In this document: piece by piece, positions 27,935 through 34,256 of the stretch
How the letters are laid out: each line of letters begins with the position of its first letter
Position numbering within the stretch: the first letter of the stretch is position 1
Source: Terrimicrobiaceae bacterium
GTDB lineage: Bacteria; Verrucomicrobiota; Verrucomicrobiia; Chthoniobacterales; Terrimicrobiaceae
Direction of reading: 5' to 3'
NCBI GenBank assembly: GCA_044342325.1
Contig: JBIIPZ010000033.1
Location: 1-34,256 of the forward strand
DNA: 34,256 nt
Program-made: the position numbers and the translations under genes
Notes under the pieces: model-generated
What the model saw: only the letters and a program-made list of their open reading frames with translations
What the model was told of the DNA's origin: nothing
Database searches by the model: none

Positions 27935-28141
27935 CACCTGTGAAGTCGCCTCCTTCAACACCTTCACCGTTGTCTTCCGAAGGTCGATTCCATGCCGACG
28001 TGCGACTGCACCGATGATAGTCAGCATACATGTGTCTAGAGATGCAGCCACGAGACCGATTGGTGAGAACAGGTCACCGAGTCTACAATGCAGAGTTTCC
28101 ATCCTTTCGTTTAAATCAAACGCCCTCACCCATTGCAAAGC
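27935..28141 (-). pseudogene. Decayed duplicate of the osmC promoter and 5' half
   Basis: GDLFSPIGLVAASLDTCMLTIIGAVARRHGIDLRKTTVKVLKE versus intact GESFSPTDLAATSLGACMLTIMGIAARRHGIDLGKTTVKVLKE; 25-bp identical upstream segment. Confidence 0.9.
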
Positions 28142-28190
28142 TGGGTTTTCGAGCTTTCTTTTTGCCTCCCGCTTTTTAAAGTTACGCACC

Positions 28191-30623
28191 TTGGACTCCT
28201 CAAAAAAATCTTCTAAAAAACAAAGCGCCAAATCCCGCAGCGCGGCGGAAACAGACAGCACACCGACTCCTGCATCACCCTTTCCTGCACCGACGCCCCT
28301 CGCGCGAATCCTCTCCTGGAGCGGCTTCTACGCCATCCTGTTCGTTTGCATCGGGTATGTTTTGTTCCACGCTTTTCTCATCGACAGCGTGACAGTGCGG
28401 CTCTGCCGTGAACTCGATGGCCCCAATGCCAAGCCCACCGAAGTCCTCCCCGTGCCGCTACTCGAGATCGCCTTCGACGGCTATGTGTGGAACCGCCATG
28501 CGGAGAAACTCGGAGAAAATGGTGAATGGCGGGTGCGCTACACGGATATGGACAACGCACCGGAGGGGCGCGAGGTGCACTGGAGCTCGGGATTTGCATG
28601 GTATCTGAGAGCTCTGGGCGAGCTTCTCTGCCACTTCTCCGGCGACACGCTTCGGAACAGCATTTTTCGAGCATCGATCTGGGCAACCCCCCTGCTTCTC
28701 ATCGTCGCCCTCGGCCTCTTTGCAACGCTGTCCGCCCGCCGTTTTGGGCCACTCTGCGGATCCGTGCTGGCGATTGGAATGATCACCACCGCCTCGTTCT
28801 ACGAAGGCTTCCTGCCCGCCTACCCCGACCACCATGGCATCACAGCCTTCGCCCTGTTGGGCATCATTTTCGGCATCGCCTGGGCCGGCGCGGGCTGGGT
28901 TCAAAACTCCGACGGCACGGCATTCATCATCCCCACCTCGCTCAAACAAGCGCGGCATGGCATGATTTTTTCGGGTATCAGCGGCGCTGCAGCACTTTGG
29001 ATTAGCGGGTTTTCTGCTGCATTTGTTGCCGTGGGAGTTGGTCTGGGAGCCATTGTCACGGCCTCGCTGTTTATCCGAAAAGCGGCCCGGCAAGGTTGTC
29101 AGTATCACCCCGAACTCTGGAGGCTCTGGGCCATCACCACAGCCTCTGGTAGCTTGGGTTTTTACATTTTAGAGTATTTCCCCAACGACATGGGGATGCG
29201 TTTGGAAGTAAACCACCCACTCTACGCCTTGGCGTGGCTGGGTGGCGGATGGATCATTTTTGAGGTGACGCGCTGGATCAATGACCTGCAATCAGGAAAA
29301 GCCCCCTTCCCATGGAAAAAACTGCTCTTGCCGCTCGGGGCATGCGCCGTTCTTCCAATCGTCATTCTGACCCTCGGTCCCTCTGTTTATATCCCCGGTG
29401 ATCCCTTTATGGGCGGCCTTTGGAAAAATATCGCTGAGTTGCTACCGCTTTTGACGCGAATTCAAATGGGCGCCATCACTTGGAAAGTGGCATTCGGACT
29501 TTTCCCAGTATTCCTTCTGGCCTCGCTAATCATCGCCTTCCTCAAAAATGTCAATTCCGCGACAAAAGGAGTGTTCATTTTTCTCTGCATTCCTATTTTG
29601 GCCATTACGGCGATGCAAATCTACCAAGTGCGCTGGGGAATGCTGAATGGCCCGCTTTACATCGCCTTGGCCGCGCTCGTCATTCCTCAACTCTGGCGAC
29701 TCCTGCCCCACACCGTCCCTTGGCGCGCAGCAGGCACTGCGGGACTAATCGGTGCATTGTATCTCTTTTCGGTGGATACAGTGAACGGCATGCTCATGCC
29801 GTTCTGGAACCAATACAACAGCAAGCAGAATATGCAGGTCGGCTCTGGTCAACTCCTTGCGTTGCTGCACCGCGACATGGCCAAAACCATCCTGCAAAAT
29901 GCGAATGGAAAACCTGTCGTGCTCCTGAGCAGCCCAAACAGCTCGTGCCTACTTTCAACGCTTGGTGGTTTTAAAACAATTGGAACACTTTACTGGGAAA
30001 ATGTGGACGGACTTAAATCCGCTGCCAAGATGCTCAACGCCCAGTCCGACGAGGAGGCACTTGCCATGCTCAAGGAACACGGCATCACGCATGTCTCACT
30101 GATGACTTGGGAAAACTTTATCGGCCCGTATTTTCAAATTCTTTACCCCAATCCCGTTCCCGGAAAATCGCTTGAAAACTCATTCGGACAGCGCGCCCTC
30201 TTTAAAAAAATCCTCCCCCAATGGGCTCGCCCGATCCCGTATCCCAAAAATTTCCTGACGAACGCGCTGAAACAGGATGTCCTCATGATTGAAATCGTGC
30301 CGGACCAAACGAAGGACGAAGCAGAATTCCACCTCGCCCGCTTCTTGCGCATCTCGGAAGGCAATCCCGTCGCCGCGGAGATCATGCTCAAGGGCATACT
30401 CGACCGCTCCCCCGCCAGCAACGCCGTCCGCATGGAACTCGCCGACCTCTATGTGGATCAAAAGCGCTTCAGCGATGCCCAAAACCAATTCATCCTCTCC
30501 ATGAACGGCACCGCCCCCGAAGTCCGCCGCCAAATCGCACAGCGCGGCGCCCAACTCCTGGCCCAACGCGGCGCCAGAACCGAAGCCGAGGCCGTTTTAA
30601 AAGCCGGCGAAAGCGGAAATTAA
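28191..30623 (+). CDS. Divergent STT3/PglB/AglB-like GT-C membrane glycosyltransferase with TPR-like tail
   Basis: About 13 TM segments; motifs FDGYVW, DNAPEG, YPDHH, NIAE, QVRW; soluble C-domain ending SDEEALAMLKEHGITHV. Start assumed at TTG 28191. Confidence 0.72.
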   Translation: MDSSKKSSKKQSAKSRSAAETDSTPTPASPFPAPTPLARILSWSGFYAILFVCIGYVLFHAFLIDSVTVRLCRELDGPNAKPTEVLPVPLLEIAFDGYVWNRHAEKLGENGEWRVRYTDMDNAPEGREVHWSSGFAWYLRALGELLCHFSGDTLRNSIFRASIWATPLLLIVALGLFATLSARRFGPLCGSVLAIGMITTASFYEGFLPAYPDHHGITAFALLGIIFGIAWAGAGWVQNSDGTAFIIPTSLKQARHGMIFSGISGAAALWISGFSAAFVAVGVGLGAIVTASLFIRKAARQGCQYHPELWRLWAITTASGSLGFYILEYFPNDMGMRLEVNHPLYALAWLGGGWIIFEVTRWINDLQSGKAPFPWKKLLLPLGACAVLPIVILTLGPSVYIPGDPFMGGLWKNIAELLPLLTRIQMGAITWKVAFGLFPVFLLASLIIAFLKNVNSATKGVFIFLCIPILAITAMQIYQVRWGMLNGPLYIALAALVIPQLWRLLPHTVPWRAAGTAGLIGALYLFSVDTVNGMLMPFWNQYNSKQNMQVGSGQLLALLHRDMAKTILQNANGKPVVLLSSPNSSCLLSTLGGFKTIGTLYWENVDGLKSAAKMLNAQSDEEALAMLKEHGITHVSLMTWENFIGPYFQILYPNPVPGKSLENSFGQRALFKKILPQWARPIPYPKNFLTNALKQDVLMIEIVPDQTKDEAEFHLARFLRISEGNPVAAEIMLKGILDRSPASNAVRMELADLYVDQKRFSDAQNQFILSMNGTAPEVRRQIAQRGAQLLAQRGARTEAEAVLKAGESGN

Positions 30624-30630
30624 TCTCAAA

Positions 30631-31797
30631 ATGGAAGTCACTATCCTCATGCCCTGCCTCAATGAGGCTGAAACACTCGCCGGTTGCATCGCAGCAGCCC
30701 AGCGAGGGCTTTCAAATGCCGGCGTCGAGGGTGAAATCCTCATCGCCGACAACGGCAGCACCGACGGATCCCAAGACATAGCCCGCAAGCTCGGTGCCCG
30801 CGTTGTCGATGTCCCCGAAAAAGGCTACGGCAACGCCCTCCGCCACGGAATGGATGCCGCCCATGGACGATTCCTCATCATGGGCGACTCCGATCTCAGC
30901 TACGACTTCGCCGAGATCAAACCCTTTGTCGAGAAACTCCGCGCCGGCGCCGACCTCGTCATGGGCTGCCGCATGCCAGCAGGCGGAGGAAAGATCATCC
31001 CCGGCGCCATGCCTTGGAAACACCGCTGGATCGGCAACCCAGCCCTGACATTCATCGGTCGACTCCTCTTCCGCTGCCCCGCCCACGATTTCCACTGCGG
31101 TCTCCGTGCTCTCACCAAGGAAGCTTTTCACAAACTAGACCTCCGCACCACCGGCATGGAATTCGCGAGCGAGATGGTCATCAAAGCCTCCCTGCGCGGA
31201 CTTCGCATCGAAGAAGTGCCCATCACGCTCCACAAGGACGGCCGCTCCCGCCCGCCCCACCTCCGCAGTTGGCGCGACGGTTGGCGCCACCTCCGCTTCA
31301 TGCTCCTCTTCTCTCCGAGGTGGCTCCTCCTCTACCCCGGCCTGGTCATGCTGATAACCGGCGCAGGCTTTTTTGCCCGATTAATGGTTGGCCCGATCAC
31401 GCTCCAAGGAGTCAATTTCGATCTCAATACCTTGGAAATCGCGAGCTTGCTCGTGCAATTCGGCTACCAAATGGTTCTCCTGGCCGGCTTCGTCCGCATC
31501 TTTGCTTACACACGCGGATTCCTCCCTCCAAATCACATCCTCTCCAGGGCATTCAGTTTCTTTACCTTGGAAAAGGGTCTCCTCAGCGGCCTAGCCATCC
31601 TCCTCGCAGGCTTTGGGCTGATCTCGTTGACGCTTTTAGACTGGGCGGCAGCAGGTTTTGGCAATTTAGACCCGCTCGCCAACACCCGCCCCGTCATCGC
31701 CGGCCGCACCCTCGTCTCACTCGGCCTCCAAACCCTCATTTTCAGTCTCGTCTTCAGCTACTTAGGAATCGACGAAAAACCGTCAAAAAGAAGATAG
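30631..31797 (+). CDS. GT2 polyprenyl-phosphate glycosyltransferase (DPM1-like) with C-terminal TM helices
   Basis: MPCLNEAE, ADNGSTDGS, KGYGNAL, MGDSDLSYD, DFHCGLR, GMEFASEM, LRSWRDGWRHL. Confidence 0.9.
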   Translation: MEVTILMPCLNEAETLAGCIAAAQRGLSNAGVEGEILIADNGSTDGSQDIARKLGARVVDVPEKGYGNALRHGMDAAHGRFLIMGDSDLSYDFAEIKPFVEKLRAGADLVMGCRMPAGGGKIIPGAMPWKHRWIGNPALTFIGRLLFRCPAHDFHCGLRALTKEAFHKLDLRTTGMEFASEMVIKASLRGLRIEEVPITLHKDGRSRPPHLRSWRDGWRHLRFMLLFSPRWLLLYPGLVMLITGAGFFARLMVGPITLQGVNFDLNTLEIASLLVQFGYQMVLLAGFVRIFAYTRGFLPPNHILSRAFSFFTLEKGLLSGLAILLAGFGLISLTLLDWAAAGFGNLDPLANTRPVIAGRTLVSLGLQTLIFSLVFSYLGIDEKPSKRR

Positions 31798-31890
31798 GCT
31801 TCCCACACCAAAGATTCTGGCCCGCAGGAGTCGCACTGAAATCCGTGGTTAGTTTCCCTCCAAACGCGCAGCGCCCGTAAGTTTCTGAAA

Positions 31891-31929
31891 AGTCATTTGA
31901 CAAAATCGCATGCATCTTGTCAAATAACT
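31891..31929 (+). promoter_or_regulatory. Operator-like inverted repeat containing a TTGACA box upstream of the AAA ATPase
   Basis: AGTCATTTGACAA-13 nt-TTGTCAAATAACT (12/13 arm match). Confidence 0.6.
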
Positions 31930-31937
31930 AACCAAAA

Positions 31938-33140
31938 ATGACCAATTACGATCATCTGCTTGAGTTGCATGAACTCGCTGTTCGCGAGGCCCGCCGAATG
32001 CACGAACACCGCCCCTTGTTTGAAATTTTGCGCCGCGAAGAGGGGCGGCATTTGACAGGAATTGTAGGTCCGCGCGGTGCAGGCAAGACCGTTCTTCTGA
32101 AGCAACTTGCCGCTTCCGAGAAGGATTCGCTTTATATTTCGGTTGATGCACTTGACGAAGGCGCCGATCTTTTCGAGACCATCAAGAATTTTTCGAAACG
32201 CTACCGCTTTCATCGATTCCTTTTGGATGAGGTTCACTTCCTTCCAGAGGCGATGGGAGATCTTAAGAAAATCCATGATTTTCTGCCGGATGTCCGCGTT
32301 TTTTTTACGGGATCAGTCGCATTGGCTATTCATGACTCGATGCATGATCTTGCACGCAGGGTTAGAATTTACCCGTTGGAATACTTTTCCTTTCGCGAAT
32401 TCCTAGCCATTCGCCACGGGGAAAACCTCGAAAAAATTTCGCTCGAAGACCTGCTGGCAGGCAATATTTCCGCCGACCATCTCAGGGCTTCGAGGCATTT
32501 TTCAAGCTACCTCTCCAGTGGCCTACTGCCTTTTTCGCTTGAGGAACCCGATCCTCTGCCCCTCTTGCGAGGAACAGTTTCAAAAATCATTGCGCGGGAT
32601 ATTCCAACTACACGCAGACTGCGGATCGATGAACTTCCGATTTTGGAAAAGTTTATTGCATTCATCGCCAAATCTCAAGTGGATGGCATCAACTATACCT
32701 CTCTATCCAGAAATCTCGGAATCACGAAATACAAAGCCGAGCAATACAGCGAAGCCTTCGAACAAGCGTTTCTCCTGCAACGCATCTTTCCTGCCGGAAC
32801 CAATGTGCTCCGCGAGCCGAAAATTCTCTTGATGCCACCGCTCCGCCTGCTCCATAGGCCTTTGGATGAGGTTATTGGAGGATTGAGGGAAGACTTCTTT
32901 GCCATGGCGATGCGACAAGCGGGTATTCCTATCCAATATTTGAAATCCACAACCGGCCAAAAGACTCCGGATTTCCTTATCGAACATCGGGATCGCAAGA
33001 TCGTCTTCGAAATCGGAGGCAAAGGAAAAGGCCGGTCCCAATTTAAAGGAGTCACTGCGGATCAAAAAATCGTCCTCGCCCCAGATATCGCCCCGTCACT
33101 CGGACGAATACCGTTAGAAATGATAGGATTCCTTTCTTAA
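31938..33140 (+). CDS. AAA_14-family ATPase with C-terminal DUF4143/PD-(D/E)xK-like domain
   Basis: GPRGAGKT, FLLDEVH, FTGS, FSFREFL, TPDFLI...VFEIGGKGK. Confidence 0.88.
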   Translation: MTNYDHLLELHELAVREARRMHEHRPLFEILRREEGRHLTGIVGPRGAGKTVLLKQLAASEKDSLYISVDALDEGADLFETIKNFSKRYRFHRFLLDEVHFLPEAMGDLKKIHDFLPDVRVFFTGSVALAIHDSMHDLARRVRIYPLEYFSFREFLAIRHGENLEKISLEDLLAGNISADHLRASRHFSSYLSSGLLPFSLEEPDPLPLLRGTVSKIIARDIPTTRRLRIDELPILEKFIAFIAKSQVDGINYTSLSRNLGITKYKAEQYSEAFEQAFLLQRIFPAGTNVLREPKILLMPPLRLLHRPLDEVIGGLREDFFAMAMRQAGIPIQYLKSTTGQKTPDFLIEHRDRKIVFEIGGKGKGRSQFKGVTADQKIVLAPDIAPSLGRIPLEMIGFLS

Positions 33141-33235
33141 CAAACTTTGAATTTTGCCCCCCCAAGATTGCAGTGTGGCGCTTTTTCTACAAAAATAACA
33201 CAAGTTGATCGCTCACACCCAAAAAACCGCCAATC

Positions 33236-33300
33236 CTCCGTGTCTCCGCGCCTCTGTGAGAACCACTCAAAACCACCACTCTTCTCTCACAGAGGCACAA
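33236..33300. repeat. CACAGAG-family inverted repeat
   Basis: GCCTCTGTGAGA (33250-33261) / TCTCACAGAGGC (33285-33296). Confidence 0.65.
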
Positions 33301-33418
33301 CGACCTTTCGAGTCCGCCATGCGCGCGTGCTCACAGCGCCACCGAATCCGCAGCACTGCAAAGGGCCTTACTCAAAAAAAAATTGCTGTTTCTTGCGTTT
33401 TGGAGCGTAAATTCTGAA

Positions 33419-33447
33419 TTGACACGCCCTGTGTTACTGTGTAGCAT
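33419..33447 (+). promoter_or_regulatory. Sigma70 promoter of vapBC, leaderless spacing
   Basis: TTGACA-17 nt-TAGCAT-6 nt-ATG; imperfect palindrome TGTTAC-tgt-GTAGCA overlaps the -10. Confidence 0.75.
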
Positions 33448-33453
33448 GGATAC

Positions 33454-33720
33454 ATGAAAACGATTAGCTTGACCGATGATGCCTATGAGAGGCTCAAATC
33501 CTGGAAAAGCCCGGAATGGGATTCCTTTTCCAAAGTCGTCTTGGAGGTGATTCCCAAGAGGGGAACAGCTGCAGATATGGAAAAAGCGTTTCAGACTTTA
33601 AGTCCACTCACGCAGGAGGAAGCCAATCGAGTCGAGGAGGTCATGGCTTGGGGCAATACGTGGGAAAACGCCTCCGCCGCATGGTCCTCTACTGCATCAA
33701 AGGAAAATCATGCGCGTTGA
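33454..33720 (+). CDS. VapB-type antitoxin (DUF217-like)
   Basis: MKTISLTDDAYERLKSWK....SFSKVV pattern; overlaps the PIN gene. Confidence 0.82.
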   Translation: MKTISLTDDAYERLKSWKSPEWDSFSKVVLEVIPKRGTAADMEKAFQTLSPLTQEEANRVEEVMAWGNTWENASAAWSSTASKENHAR

Positions 33721-34105
33721 CAGGGTGCTGGATACCAACTTCCTGATCGCGCGTTGGCGGGAAGGAGAAGGTGGACCTGCCTCTGTTTGGCTCAAAGCTA
33801 ATGCGAATCTGGTTTTGGGAATCCCTTGGATCGTCAAAGCCGAATTTCTGCGCGGGGCCGAGATCGCGGGGCACGACCGGCAAGCCATTCGGGATTTCCT
33901 AAAACGCTTCCCCACGGTTTGGCCAGACGAGGAAACGCTCGAAATTTACGCCTCACTCTACTCGGCTTTGAAAAAACGCAATGAACTGATCGGTCCGAAC
34001 GACCTTTGGATAGCCGCATCCGCTCTACAAAAGTCAGTTCCACTGGTTTCTAAAAACAAAATCGAATTTCAGCGAGTGCCGGGTTTGCACCTCGAAGGTT
34101 ACTGA
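33710..34105 (+). CDS. vapC: VapC PIN-domain toxin
   Basis: VLDTNFLI, KAEFLRG, IGPNDLWIAASAL, LVSKN..EFQRVPGL. Confidence 0.93.
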   Translation: MRVDRVLDTNFLIARWREGEGGPASVWLKANANLVLGIPWIVKAEFLRGAEIAGHDRQAIRDFLKRFPTVWPDEETLEIYASLYSALKKRNELIGPNDLWIAASALQKSVPLVSKNKIEFQRVPGLHLEGY

Positions 34106-34113
34106 AAACCTCC

Positions 34114-34139
34114 TCTCACCGAGCCACAAAGACACGGAG
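34114..34139. repeat. CACAGAG-family repeat arm, inverted relative to 33236-33261
   Basis: Reverse complement matches 33236-33261 at 21 of 26 positions. Confidence 0.6.
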
Positions 34140-34256
34140 AAAGTTTTAAATAACCACAATCGAGCGCCGTGGCAGGTGCGAGATGGAGCAACCCCAGGTT
34201 GGCCCGAAGGGTAAGGGAGTGGCTTCCTGCTCGGAGAGCTATACAGCTCGGAGAGG

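Noticed and set aside
28014..28190. N-terminal extension of the large membrane protein
   Set aside because: It overlaps the osmC remnant on the other strand; TTG 28191 is more plausible.
33147..33417. Small ORFs between the ATPase and vapB
   Set aside because: They run through the inverted-repeat region and lack protein-like features.

Overview
A bacterial chromosomal window, probably Verrucomicrobiota (inferred from gene families and repeat style, not proven). It has four zones. (1) 1-2880: three co-oriented minus-strand toxin-antitoxin (TA) modules (MNT-HEPN and two Phd/RelE-like pairs), separated by short-period tandem repeats and small hairpins, next to a decayed IS4 remnant. (2) 2901-12768: a minus-strand glycosylation locus (GT2-epimerase fusion, O-antigen-ligase/O-OTase-like protein with TPR tail, phosphoglycosyltransferase, PglF/CapD dehydratase, exported helical-repeat protein, small secreted protein, second ligase/polymerase-like protein). 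(3) 12903-26660: mostly housekeeping genes (MacAB-like ABC system, FIST, GT-B-like protein, YhaM-like HD nuclease, GalK-like kinase, yqjDEK-like trio, M29 aminopeptidase, PUR-domain protein, rfbB, aldo/keto reductase, CvfB). (4) 26729-34256: osmC with a higBA islet bracketed by a decayed duplicate of the osmC promoter/5' end; a divergent STT3/PglB/AglB-like transferase that keeps the catalytic motifs but lacks WWDYG, coupled to a DPM1-like GT2; an AAA_14 ATPase; and vapBC. The best candidate for an undescribed system is the WWD-less STT3-like/GT2 pair. No rRNA, tRNA or CRISPR array was seen. All family assignments come from motif recognition by eye, without database searches.
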